DNA from: Calditrichia bacterium
Lineage (GTDB): Bacteria > Calditrichota > Calditrichia > RBG-13-44-9 > J075
Length of the DNA: 64,000 nt
NCBI GenBank assembly: GCA_050633245.1
Contig: JBOEGD010000012.1
Span: forward strand, 1-64,000
Reading direction: 5' to 3'
Each line of letters begins with the position of its first letter. Position 1 is the first letter of the stretch. Of this stretch, positions 1 to 10,391 are shown piece by piece. Below the pieces are notes generated by a model that was given only the letters and a program-made list of their open reading frames with translations, was not told where the DNA came from and ran no database searches. A program made the position numbers and the translations under genes.

Positions 1-2590
1 CCGTTTCATCACTGCTGCTGCCAACATCTAAGCTAATGTCATCAAAGAACCACTCATCTGTTGTCGCATTCGTTGCACCACTACGGAAGCGGAACTGGAA
101 GGCAGCATGATAGGCATCTGCAGGTAGTGAAAAGCTGACCAGCTCAAACGGCTCGAACAAGCCAAAGCCATTATCGGTTCCGATAAACTCATTTAAGAGC
201 AACCAGTTGCCACCAGCGTCGGTGTATTCAAGGAACACACTCTCACCAATTTCAAGATCGTGCTCGGATTCCTGCATCGACAGCGTCACGCTACTCTGAG
301 CGCTTAGGTCAATCGGGTTGGTTGACAGCGTCTGATCCGAACCGTTTACAGAAACGAAATACGGTGCAGACGGAACCGGGAATGGGAAGGTGTTAAACGA
401 AACACCATTGGTATCGATCACTGCAATATTAGCAGAGGCACCCCACTTCGCCGGATCGATAACGCCTGAATCAGGCCAGGATTCGGTGAATGGGAACGGT
501 GCGGCTGCTCCGATAAAGATCGAATCGGTATTGGATGCCAGACCTTCATTGAGTGTATACTGTGCGGCTGCATAGTAAGTCACTGTTGTGTTGGTCGGTG
601 GATTGGCATCTGTATAGCTCAACACGCTGTCAGGTGTCATAGCGATCTGAGAAAAGGTTACGCCATCTTCACTACGATATACATTGTAACCGGTAAGGGC
701 GGAGGTGCGTGGTGTTGGCAGACCGGCTTTACTGTGAGAAACACCACCAAGCAGGTGCTCGATCTTCTCCAGTTCAGTCGGATTGGCAAACGTCGCCACA
801 TCCAAGGAAGCAGTCGCAAGACCAGTAAGGTTGCGCTCCTTCACATCGCTAAGCTTGGAGGAGGTGCCATCAGAATACAGCACGCGAATGCGAGCATTCG
901 GGCCAGATCCTTCCTGAACAACCACGCGCAGGATGTTGTTACGTGCAAGACCGGCATTCACATTGGCAATCACATCCCAGGCAATACCCAGAGTTGTCGA
1001 CTGCACCCATGAACGAAGGTTGTCACGACTGTCAATATCCGAACCCAAACCAATGGCAGAATCAACCGGTTCAACAACAGACACAAAGAAGTCACCTGCG
1101 CTGATGGTTACCGCACCGGCGGACAGATCAAAATTATCAAAATCGACGTTGCGATTTACAATCGGATAGTTCCCGCTGAAAAGCTGAGTGCCAGGACCCG
1201 CTGTATCACCGTCATAAATACGAACTTCCGTGGACTGCATCGTATCGCTACCGGCAGGAACGCCTCCAAACAACATCTGGGCTTCCAGAATCGTTGTCGG
1301 ATAAATTTGCGGAGTAAAACGAACCGCCAACTCACCGTCATTTCCACCACCGATACTTAGCGTACCTTCACTGGTACCATCATCATAACCAAGAAACGGC
1401 TCAGGAAGTGGTGCATTCCAGGACAGATCAGCTGTAAAACCAGCTGCTTCAGCAACAAAGCCGATCGGCGGGTTGTTCTCTACCTGAGACGGTGCATCAA
1501 GTGAGATATCATCGATATACCACTCATCTACAAAGTCACCAATATACACCCAGGCGATGTAAATATTCTGACCTTCATAAGCTGAAAAGTCGCGCACATT
1601 GGCTTCCCACACGTCTTCTGTGGAAGCAGCCAGGCTGTCGACTTCTACAAAGTCACCATCAGCAGGGTTACCGCTACCGGTGGACACATACAGTGCGTGT
1701 TTCTCATAGAAGGAAGAAAAGTTAATGTTCTCGAAGAACACCAGCTCAGCACCGGCGCCCACATTGTTAATCAGCGGGGACACAAACCAGCTACTGTCGG
1801 TTAGATCCGCATCAGCAAAATTCGCTGAGTAGATCGGAGAGTTCGCACGAAGCGTCGTCAAAACAAGGGTATCAACACCTGTGTGATACTCCGTCCAGCC
1901 GGCTGGTGGCCAAACGCCACTTTCCATATCTTCGCTGAAGGGATAGTCGAGAACAACAGGAGGAATTTCAACCGATACATCGTCAATATACCACTCATCT
2001 ACGAAGTCACCGGTATAGAGCCAGGCGATATAAACATCTTGTCCATCATAAGCAGACAGATCAACAACTCGCTGTTCCCAAACATCTTCAGTGGAAGCAC
2101 CAAGACTATCAACTTCTACAAAGTCGCCATCAGCAGGGTTACCACTCCCGGTAGAAACCCAAAGGCCGTGATACTCATAGAAAGAGGAAAAGTTTATATT
2201 TTCATAGAAAATTACGCCGGATCCGGCTTCAAGAGCAGTAATCTGAGGCGTTACCAACCAGCTACTATCCGTGAGGTCAGCGTCAGCAAAGTTTGCTGAG
2301 TTAACCGGGGAGTTAGCTCGCAGGGTTGTTAATACAAGTGTATCAACACCTGTGTGGTACTCTGTCCAGCCAGCTGGCGGCCATGTACCACTTTCAAAAT
2401 CTTCAGAAAGTTGAGCAGATTTCGAAATAGATCGAATCGGCTTTTGTTTCTGTACATACGAATCAGACTCACTCTGCTTTATTGCGAGTTTTTGTGCATA
2501 GGACAACTCGTCCTTGGCAAGCACAAATCCGCTCATAAAGATAAGTGAGCATAAAATTACCATGAAAGCAGTACCGCATCTCATACTCAT
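1..2590 (-). CDS. Large secreted adhesin-like protein: two tandem cleaved-adhesin/choice-of-anchor-J-like domains, an FN3-like domain with an insertion, and a further beta-sandwich. The 3' end is beyond the window edge and the gene is absent from the ORF track.
   Basis: ATG at 2590 preceded by AAGGAG. Hand translation gives MSMRCGTAFMVILCSLIFMSGFVLAK (signal peptide), EDFESGTWPPAGW...WLVTPQI...YIAWLY...WYIDDVSV twice, and ADLSWNAP...LTGYNVYRS...SYTD. I saw no stop codon down to base 1. Confidence 0.85.
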   Translation of the reverse strand, partial: MSMRCGTAFMVILCSLIFMSGFVLAKDELSYAQKLAIKQSESDSYVQKQKPIRSISKSAQLSEDFESGTWPPAGWTEYHTGVDTLVLTTLRANSPVNSANFADADLTDSSWLVTPQITALEAGSGVIFYENINFSSFYEYHGLWVSTGSGNPADGDFVEVDSLGASTEDVWEQRVVDLSAYDGQDVYIAWLYTGDFVDEWYIDDVSVEIPPVVLDYPFSEDMESGVWPPAGWTEYHTGVDTLVLTTLRANSPIYSANFADADLTDSSWFVSPLINNVGAGAELVFFENINFSSFYEKHALYVSTGSGNPADGDFVEVDSLAASTEDVWEANVRDFSAYEGQNIYIAWVYIGDFVDEWYIDDISLDAPSQVENNPPIGFVAEAAGFTADLSWNAPLPEPFLGYDDGTSEGTLSIGGGNDGELAVRFTPQIYPTTILEAQMLFGGVPAGSDTMQSTEVRIYDGDTAGPGTQLFSGNYPIVNRNVDFDNFDLSAGAVTISAGDFFVSVVEPVDSAIGLGSDIDSRDNLRSWVQSTTLGIAWDVIANVNAGLARNNILRVVVQEGSGPNARIRVLYSDGTSSKLSDVKERNLTGLATASLDVATFANPTELEKIEHLLGGVSHSKAGLPTPRTSALTGYNVYRSEDGVTFSQIAMTPDSVLSYTDANPPTNTTVTYYAAAQYTLNEGLASNTDSIFIGAAAPFPFTESWPDSGVIDPAKWGASANIAVIDTNGVSFNTFPFPVPSAPYFVSVNGSDQTLSTNPIDLSAQSSVTLSMQESEHDLEIGESVFLEYTDAGGNWLLLNEFIGTDNGFGLFEPFELVSFSLPADAYHAAFQFRFRSGATNATTDEWFFDDISLDVGSSSDET
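1505..2405 (-). repeat. Intragenic tandem duplication, two units with a ~471-bp (157-aa) period
   Basis: gtatcaacacctgtgtg occurs at 1869 and 2340. ttctacaaagtc(a/g)ccatcagcagggttacc and ataccactcatctac also recur in both units. Confidence 0.85.
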
Positions 2591-3064
2591 AGTAATCGCT
2601 CCTTGTGTTAGGTGGATGTAAACCAATAATGATATTGGGGTAAAAATAAACCTTAATTTTCCAGTCATTTCCGCACTGATTAACGGCATGAATTATTGCA
2701 CAGCGTGAAAGCGCTGTAAAAACTGATTTCAAATAGAGGAGATAAATAACAAGATGCCAGCAAAGTCCCTTTTCAGCAGGAGGCCTCCAAAGACCAAAGT
2801 TCCTATTCCCAAGTAATAGAATTATTTCATCAACTTTTTAGGTATTGTGCAATCGGTTATCATTAATTTTTGAGGCAAAATTATACACGATGATATGATT
2901 ATTAATGATGTTAAGGCGTAGTATAAAATACACTTAAGCCGTAATTCAGACTACATTTATGGAGCAATGCTTACAAATATACCGGAAATTAAGAAAAAAC
3001 CAAACTTTTTTACAAATTGAACTCAAAAAGATTACAGAACGATAAAGTCCGCTTTATTCAGCCA

Positions 3065-4192
3065 TTAACTTCCCTTCTTCTTACGCCTGCGCTCTCTTCT
3101 TGACGAAGTTATCAAGGCATGTTTTTTTAGTAAAGCATATTCATGTTCAAAGTTTGGTGTCAACACTCCCTTACCTATCTGCTGCTCAATTTCAGCCTGT
3201 TTCCAGAAGCGCCCATCCTCCAGTTCCTGTGGATTAATTCTAAAAGGGCCCTGATCGCGCAATAGAAAGGCATGAACCAACTCGCTCTCTAGCTCGGTCC
3301 GATTGATGTAGCGAAACAAAGCTTGAAAACGTTTTCCAACGATTCCGAGTTCTTCCTCTGCTTCACGATACAGTGCCGCCTCAATTGCCTCTCCACTATG
3401 CACATGTCCTCCGACAGCAGTATCCCAATAGCCTGGCAACAAATCTTTTGTCTCAGCACGCTTTTGTAGAAAAACATCACCTGCAGAGTTAATAATGTGA
3501 AGATGCACAACCGGATGCAGTAGGTTCGGATTGCCGTGTACCTGGCTTCGTGGCGCACGACCTATGATCTTCCCATCGGCGGAAACAAGGTCGAACCACT
3601 CTTCTTCTGCAATTGCCCTCCTGCGGCTTCTTATTTGCCAAAATTCATAGAGCATCAAAATCCCCATCGCAATATAAAAAAGCCCGCCACTGATAAATCC
3701 CCACGCCTCATTACTCATATAAAACGCTGAATAAATAATTAGCACTACGTGTATAAGTAATAAATAAAACATGCTGCGCATCATGCGCCGCATTTCGGTA
3801 AACTGCTCTTCGGAGAACTCTACACCACGAGTATAGCGCCCCATCATGTTAAGCAAGATCGGCGTACGGGAAAAGGTCGTTATGCCAAGCAACACAACCA
3901 GAATACCCTCAATGAGGGCAGGCTTTAGCTTAAAGAAAATATCATTTTGCAGCAGCAGGGAAATCAAGCCGAGGGTCACAATTAATCCAACATCGAACAA
4001 AACAAAACGGTCGATACGATTTTCGCGAACATAAATGTAGAGGATCTCGACCAGGCCGAGCGAAATAGCTACAATGAGTCCTATAGTAAGTCCAAACAAG
4101 GCATCAGCAACAATAAAAACCAGCAGCGGAAGAAAACCGATGGCGAGATTTTTTAGCAACTCTTTGCGTTCGAGCATAGTTCTCCGACTCAT
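3065..4192 (-). CDS. YciB/IspA-like membrane domain fused to a NUDIX hydrolase (IDI/YfcD-like)
   Basis: Multi-TM N-terminus (GFLPLLVFIVAD...FFKLKPAL). C-terminal HPVVHLHI, LQKR and Nudix box GGHVHSGEAIEAALYREAEEELG. Start placed at ATG 4192; 4177 is an alternative. Confidence 0.8.
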   Translation of the reverse strand: MSRRTMLERKELLKNLAIGFLPLLVFIVADALFGLTIGLIVAISLGLVEILYIYVRENRIDRFVLFDVGLIVTLGLISLLLQNDIFFKLKPALIEGILVVLLGITTFSRTPILLNMMGRYTRGVEFSEEQFTEMRRMMRSMFYLLLIHVVLIIYSAFYMSNEAWGFISGGLFYIAMGILMLYEFWQIRSRRRAIAEEEWFDLVSADGKIIGRAPRSQVHGNPNLLHPVVHLHIINSAGDVFLQKRAETKDLLPGYWDTAVGGHVHSGEAIEAALYREAEEELGIVGKRFQALFRYINRTELESELVHAFLLRDQGPFRINPQELEDGRFWKQAEIEQQIGKGVLTPNFEHEYALLKKHALITSSRRERRRKKKGS

Positions 4193-4275
4193 GTTGAAAT
4201 CAGCTTGAGAGAGAAATATACGATTTAGGTAGATTATTGCCAAGGCGGCAGAAGTGAGAATTTAGCGTGGTAATT

Positions 4276-5850
4276 CTATAAATCAACATGCGGGTTGCCA
4301 GCCAGCGCACTTTCAAGCTCCTCCAGCTCATGTTGCGCATGAACCAGATCCGGATGACCGGACGGCAGCTTAATTTGATAAATTTGAACAGCATGATACA
4401 GACAGGCACGTGCATCACTGACCTCATTTCGATTAACGTAGATCTGTGCCAGGTTCATATAGATAGAGCCGATAAGTGGATCTTCCGCTCCCAGCACTTT
4501 CTGGCGCACTTCGATTGCCCAGAATAAATACTGCAGCGCCCGATTCTCATCGCCGCCCTGTAGATTGGTAAGTCCGATATTTGCCAATTGACGTCCAACA
4601 TAGGGATGTTCTGCACCGAGAGTGCGCTCAATAATTTCCATATTTCGAAAGACATAGCGCTGCGCGAGTTCAGGTTTTTGCTGCTCATAATAGATCATGC
4701 CAATTTTTTGTAAAATAGCGGCAACATAAGGATGATCGAGCGCCAGCTTACGTTCGACAATTTGCAGTGCTCGACGATGACAGTCCAGACCATCTTCGTA
4801 TTCTCCCTTACCGGCATAGGCCGTGGCAAGCTTTACGAGAAGAGGAATAAGGTGAACGCTGCGTGTACCAAGCTTGTATTCTGCCATTCGCATTGCCTGG
4901 CGACAATGAGTGAACGCCTCACTATAGCTCCCAAGCGCATAAAAAATTTCTCCAAGGTTTGCCATAATAACAGCTTTGGAAGGATGACTATCGCCACGAA
5001 AGACCTGCTCACCAAGCTCGCGCGCACTCATTAACGTTTCAAGAGCATCTTCGTGATCACCACGAGCCAGGTTCACCAACCCGATGTTATTCATGATCTC
5101 CGGGAACAGCTTATCATTCCCCAAAACGCGCGCCAGACGCATTTGTTGCTGTAAACAGCTTAAGGCGCGTTTATAGCTGCCCAATCGATACAGCAATCTT
5201 GCCAGGCGTCCCGTCAAGTCGTATTGATAAAGTACCTGCTCTTTCGTTTCTATAGCCTGATATTCTTTCCAAAGCTGTTGATATACCCGAAGCAGATTCT
5301 GTTTATCATCATGAGAATTGTATTCTCCACCATTTGCAAAATGGTCGACCAAGAACATTCCGGTTCGATAGCGATCGATTAAAAAGTCTTCCAACAAAAA
5401 GAAGCCATCACGACTTTTCCATACATCGGGAGCCTGCTTAATAAGCAGCTGTAGCATTTCCGCTGTAATAATCAAAACAACCGCGCGACGCGAACCACGA
5501 ATTTCCTCGAAACGGGCATTAAAAGCCTGGAAAACCTGATTATCCTTACTTCCGGGCCCACCGGTAAAAAACTTGTCCAGCTGACTGATAACAGTAATTT
5601 CTTTTTCTTTTGAGAAGAAGACACCGGATATAAGATGCTGTACCACATCTTTGGCGCCCTTAAAATCGATGATATTGAGTTTGACTTCTTTTTGCAGGTC
5701 TTTCAACAGCTTTTTACGAACCGAGGCAGCATCACATATAACAATATGCAAAGCAAACCCTTCGATAGCAGAAAGTGCCAATTTTAGACGCGGGACGTCA
5801 TTGATTGGTTTGGAGGAGACACTTTTCTTTATTTTACCGTTTCGCTTCAT
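4276..5850 (-). CDS. Tetratricopeptide-repeat protein (kinesin-light-chain-like TPRs) with an uncharacterised N-terminal domain
   Basis: Repeated units such as HPSKAVIMANLG, HPYVAAILQKIG, HPYVGRQLANIG and a C-terminal HPD. Confidence 0.85.
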   Translation of the reverse strand: MKRNGKIKKSVSSKPINDVPRLKLALSAIEGFALHIVICDAASVRKKLLKDLQKEVKLNIIDFKGAKDVVQHLISGVFFSKEKEITVISQLDKFFTGGPGSKDNQVFQAFNARFEEIRGSRRAVVLIITAEMLQLLIKQAPDVWKSRDGFFLLEDFLIDRYRTGMFLVDHFANGGEYNSHDDKQNLLRVYQQLWKEYQAIETKEQVLYQYDLTGRLARLLYRLGSYKRALSCLQQQMRLARVLGNDKLFPEIMNNIGLVNLARGDHEDALETLMSARELGEQVFRGDSHPSKAVIMANLGEIFYALGSYSEAFTHCRQAMRMAEYKLGTRSVHLIPLLVKLATAYAGKGEYEDGLDCHRRALQIVERKLALDHPYVAAILQKIGMIYYEQQKPELAQRYVFRNMEIIERTLGAEHPYVGRQLANIGLTNLQGGDENRALQYLFWAIEVRQKVLGAEDPLIGSIYMNLAQIYVNRNEVSDARACLYHAVQIYQIKLPSGHPDLVHAQHELEELESALAGNPHVDL

Positions 5851-6154
5851 CGCAACTCACGTTTGCGTCTGTGGAACTTTCGCAGTTCCAGTTAAGAGGT
5901 CATAGGAGCAGATGACCGGAACATAGATCGGTTATATATAATAAGAAAACATATTGCCTGAAGACAACTGTATATATTCCCAAAAAGAAGAGAATTCAGG
6001 CTTTTAGAGCAGAGGTTTACCTTAAAAAGCTGTTAAGAGTATACGAATTAAAGAATTTCTTAAAATGATCCACTGCACACGATAGCAAAATCTTCTTTCC
6101 CACAATCTTCCCGCAGCATCAAAACATTACATACAGACTAAAGATTCACGTCCA

Positions 6155-6191
6155 TCAAATATCGCAGCATGCGCTGCGTTGCGATATTTGA
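6155..6191. repeat. Intergenic inverted repeat with 12-bp perfect arms
   Basis: tcaaatatcgca (6155-6166) / tgcgatatttga (6180-6191). Confidence 0.6.
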
Positions 6192-6836
6192 CACAGTGAA
6201 AAGTTTATCGATACAATTCGTCGTTTTTTCATAGTGCTCACAGTAATGGACCTAATCTGAGTGGGATTAGGCGATGGCAATGCGCAAAAAATGCTCTGAA
6301 AACACTAATTAGTATATTTGCATCGTTGTTAAGATACGATTTTCGCCCCCTTTGAATTTGCCAAAGGCTGGGAAATATCTGTCTTTTTCAAAAACCAGTG
6401 ACCAAGTAAGACTTGCTACGCTCTCTATTAGTGGAGAGTGAGAATGAGATTATTATTTCCACGAGAATCGTTTTTTTGATTCGCATCATCGATAGCATCG
6501 ATTTTTGTTCTAGATTTCCTATTGTGCTTCGGCACATTGACATTGGAGTCAGTTCACACAGGGTGGTGCGCCCTCCGACCTGATCAGTTCGTGTGATCAC
6601 TTATATGAGGTCAGGCTTTAGAAGCTCTAAAGCCCCTACTACTACGCTTACTTTGCACGCGATCGACCTCACATTTCCAGAATTTTACTATAGTCCGGCA
6701 CTGGTGTTACCAGAGCTGCGGCGATTAATAATAATATTTTCGATTGGTATTAATGATGGTAGTTAAACAAAGGTAAGGGATTAATCGCTCCGTATTTGTT
6801 GGAGAGCAAGGAAGCGACCCCGGAAAGGAATATTTA

Positions 6837-9800
6837 ATGGTCAATTTACGCATGATCTTAACTGTGCCCCTACTATTGCTTTTAGTAGTATTTTCAGGGC
6901 AAACGGTGATGGCTCAGGGCATCACCCATGTCTGGGACGGAACGGATGGCAACTGGAGTGACGCAACGAAATGGAATCCTGCTACGGTTCCAGGGCCGAG
7001 CGACTTCGTGGAAATTAGCAGTGGAACGATTACCCTCGATGGATTTTACACCATTGTTGGGGGAGTATTTAGCGGTGGGCGCCTGGAAGGTCCCAATCGT
7101 TTTGTGGTTAATGGAGCTCTAAGCTGGACTGGTGGCACTTTTGCAATTGACGATTCTGTTATGATTACAACAAATGGGTCGTTATCGCTTACAGGTGGAA
7201 ACGCTAGAAATGTAGACAACAGCACAATACTAAATTCAGGAACGATTACGCTTTCTGGAAATAATGCTGAGATTATGTTAATGAACGACGGGTTCCTAAG
7301 AAATGACACCCTGGGTACCATTGAATTTTTGGGAAATGGGTCGATTGCATATGCTGACAGCACAAACAACGGTTTCATAGTGAATCGGGGAACAATTAAA
7401 AAACTAAGCGGTGGCGGTACATCTGTAATTGATGCTGTGTTGGTTACTACAGGAGAACTCAGTATTCAAGCCGGGGAATTTCTGCTGACACGGTCATCCG
7501 TAATTCCTGTTACCGGTAGCATAACGATTAATCCGGGGGCGGTGCTTAAGTTAGACGCGGCTACATTCCCGTTTAATAATGCGATAGTTGGTGGCGGTGG
7601 TGAGTTAAAGGTTCTTGAAGCGACGTTGTTTGCCACCGGTATTGCTGGCGTTATCATTGCTGAAAATACGGAACTGTCGATGGTAAATGTTAATGCTACT
7701 CTTGATGGTGATGGCCCAATTGTGGTCGCTGGAAATCTTGACTGGCAGCGTGGTATAATCACCGGAACAGGCAATACCAATGTGCTTGGTAATATAGATT
7801 TAATTGACGGTGGAACACGCATTCTTGACGGGCGAACGTTAACAGTTAACGGAACAGCTCTTTGGTCAGGCACAAAGGATATTCGCTTAACCGGTGGCTC
7901 TACGTTAGAAATCGGTGAGAACGGGTTCTTCAATATCGAGAATAATGAAGAGATCTTTTATACTGAACCCGGTGGCGGTCAAATTCTGGTCAAAGGAACT
8001 TTTGCCAAATCATCCGGTGGAAATACAACGACTCTGGAAGTTCCACTCAACAATCAGGGCCTGGTAGAAGTCTCCAGTGGACGCTTACTGCTCGAAGATG
8101 GTGGCGATTGTGTTAACGGTACATATACCACTTATTCCGGCGCAACGACAGAGATGAGAACCGGAACCTTTTCCTTCAATGGAGGAGTTGTTAAGGAAGA
8201 CGGAAACTTTCAGCTGAGTGGAGATAATATCACCACAAGTGGTAGCAGCCTGACCATAGATCAGACCGGTCTGTTCATAATGGGTAACGGAGAACTCAAC
8301 AACAATACGACCATTACCAACAATGGTGTCTTTGACGTTATCAAGGGAACCATTTCAGGTGTTGGAACGATTATTTCCAACGGTGAATTTAACATCTACG
8401 GTAGTAGTACGAAGTCTTTTGTTCAGCAGCAAATTTTTATAAACGGTGGCGGAAGTCTTGATGGTGACGGCACCCCGCGCATGGACAACCAGGCTCGAAT
8501 TACCAATGGCACAAACTCGACCTTTGAAATTCTATCAGATGTGCCACTCGAACTATTTAACAATAGCGGTTTAGCAAGTTTTGTTAACAAAGGCACAATG
8601 ATTAAGAGTGGCGGCACCGGAGCAACTGTTTTCCAGCCGGGATTTCTAAATAGTGGAACCTTGAGCGTCAATACAGGTTCAATGCGCTTCGAAAGAGGTG
8701 TCCCTGGCGATCATAGCAGCGGCACAATCATTACCTCATCCGGAACAACTGTTGACTTTATTAATGGTACCTTCGGATTCTCAGGCGTTACCTTCGACGG
8801 TAATGGAACCGTCAACTTTCTTACTGAAGTTGTTGTCAATGTAGATGTCGGCGGTATGCAGGTTAACAGCGGAGTCGATTTCTTTATGGACGGCTCTGAC
8901 ACTGAAATTAGTGGAATCGGACCAGTTGTATTCGATACACCATTCAACTGGGGTCGTGGGTTTGTTTCCGGTAGTGGCATACTGACAATGAACAGCGGCG
9001 GCAGTTTTTATTCTGAAAATCGTAAGGTCATCGACGGAAAAACCATTGTAAATAATGGTACACTGAATTTCGATAGTGGCGATATGCGTATGGATAACGG
9101 TGGCTTAGTTATAAACTCACCAAACGCAGAGTTCAATCTTAATCTCTCTACAACCTTTGGTTATCGCGCACCAGGTGGCGGTACAATCGATAATCAGGGA
9201 ACGTTTAACGCTAACGCAGCAGGATTTATCGACGTCATTTTTGACAACTCCTCCGTTCTGAATATTGTCGCCGATACCCTGTCGTTTACACGTCAGCTAA
9301 ATAACAAAACAAATGGGATTATAGCTGGCAGCGGATTTCTGGACCTGGTAAATTCCGGCTTCGACAATGATGGTGTTGTTAGCCCGGGAAGCTCACCCGG
9401 TAAAATCATTTTCGACAACGAGTACTCGCAGAACGCGAGCGGCCGTTTAAACATCGAAATTGGTGGAACTGATCCGGGAACAGGCTATGATCAGATTGAA
9501 GCATCAGCGATGTCTCTCGATGGAACGCTAAACATCTCTTTTATTAATGGATTCTTTCCATCTCTTGGACAAACGTTTGAGGTTCTTAATTACAATACGC
9601 GCAGTGATACATTTCAGACAATCAATACGCCAAGCTTTGGTGATATTCCGATATTCGCTGTCGAATATCAGTCCGACAAGCTGTTGCTTACTACCATTAA
9701 CGACAGTAAGATTTCCGTAAATATGAAAGCCTATCTGCAGGGCGCATACATCGGTGGCGGACAGATGTCTACCTCTCTGCGCGATCAGGGTTTAGTCCCG

Positions 9801-10355
9801 GTGACGCAACCATACAATACTGCTCCGTGGAACTACGACGGTGCTGAGCAGGTCACGACTGTTCCTACAGATGTGGTAGACTGGGTTCTCTTTGAGATTC
9901 GCACCAGCACCACTGACGTTCTGGTTCGTCGTGCTGCCTTCCTGAAAAAGGATGGAAGTATTGTAGAATTGGACGGCGTCTCGGCAATTTGTCTACCTGG
10001 ATCAGCAGGGAATTATTACCTGGCAGTATACCATCGCAATCATTTGCCGATAATGAGTGCTAACGCTGTTTCGCTAAGCGAGACTGCAGGTCTATATAAT
10101 TTTAGCACCGGCCAAGGTCAGGCTTTTGGCACTGATGCAATGGTTGAAGTTTCTTCCGGAGTATTTGCCTTACCGGGTGGAAACGCTGACGCAAATGCGG
10201 CTATCGATTTAACTGACCTTACCGTTGGCTGGAAAAGTGAAGTTGGGCTATCAGGTTACAAACTAACTGATTTTAATATGAATGGTCAAATCCAGAATAC
10301 GGATAAAAACTTTGTCTGGAAAGCAGCACGTGGTAAGAGTTCTCAACTTCCTTAA
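6837..10355 (+). CDS. Large secreted Gly/Asn-rich beta-strand repeat protein (passenger-like beta-solenoid) with a C-terminal dockerin-like domain
   Basis: Signal peptide, WDGTDGNWSDATKWNP, many N.GT/I.K..GGG repeats, SPGSSPG...LNIEIGG...YDQI, and terminal paired Ca-loop-like motifs GNADANAAIDLTD and TDFNMNGQIQNTD. Confidence 0.8.
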   Translation: MVNLRMILTVPLLLLLVVFSGQTVMAQGITHVWDGTDGNWSDATKWNPATVPGPSDFVEISSGTITLDGFYTIVGGVFSGGRLEGPNRFVVNGALSWTGGTFAIDDSVMITTNGSLSLTGGNARNVDNSTILNSGTITLSGNNAEIMLMNDGFLRNDTLGTIEFLGNGSIAYADSTNNGFIVNRGTIKKLSGGGTSVIDAVLVTTGELSIQAGEFLLTRSSVIPVTGSITINPGAVLKLDAATFPFNNAIVGGGGELKVLEATLFATGIAGVIIAENTELSMVNVNATLDGDGPIVVAGNLDWQRGIITGTGNTNVLGNIDLIDGGTRILDGRTLTVNGTALWSGTKDIRLTGGSTLEIGENGFFNIENNEEIFYTEPGGGQILVKGTFAKSSGGNTTTLEVPLNNQGLVEVSSGRLLLEDGGDCVNGTYTTYSGATTEMRTGTFSFNGGVVKEDGNFQLSGDNITTSGSSLTIDQTGLFIMGNGELNNNTTITNNGVFDVIKGTISGVGTIISNGEFNIYGSSTKSFVQQQIFINGGGSLDGDGTPRMDNQARITNGTNSTFEILSDVPLELFNNSGLASFVNKGTMIKSGGTGATVFQPGFLNSGTLSVNTGSMRFERGVPGDHSSGTIITSSGTTVDFINGTFGFSGVTFDGNGTVNFLTEVVVNVDVGGMQVNSGVDFFMDGSDTEISGIGPVVFDTPFNWGRGFVSGSGILTMNSGGSFYSENRKVIDGKTIVNNGTLNFDSGDMRMDNGGLVINSPNAEFNLNLSTTFGYRAPGGGTIDNQGTFNANAAGFIDVIFDNSSVLNIVADTLSFTRQLNNKTNGIIAGSGFLDLVNSGFDNDGVVSPGSSPGKIIFDNEYSQNASGRLNIEIGGTDPGTGYDQIEASAMSLDGTLNISFINGFFPSLGQTFEVLNYNTRSDTFQTINTPSFGDIPIFAVEYQSDKLLLTTINDSKISVNMKAYLQGAYIGGGQMSTSLRDQGLVPVTQPYNTAPWNYDGAEQVTTVPTDVVDWVLFEIRTSTTDVLVRRAAFLKKDGSIVELDGVSAICLPGSAGNYYLAVYHRNHLPIMSANAVSLSETAGLYNFSTGQGQAFGTDAMVEVSSGVFALPGGNADANAAIDLTDLTVGWKSEVGLSGYKLTDFNMNGQIQNTDKNFVWKAARGKSSQLP

Positions 10356-10391
10356 AAAACGAAATAATCAAATCCATTACAGGGAATACAC

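Noticed and set aside
390-2732. Short track ORFs in 390-2732, for example 1883-2299
   Set aside because: They are antisense or off-frame shadows of the long minus-strand adhesin gene.
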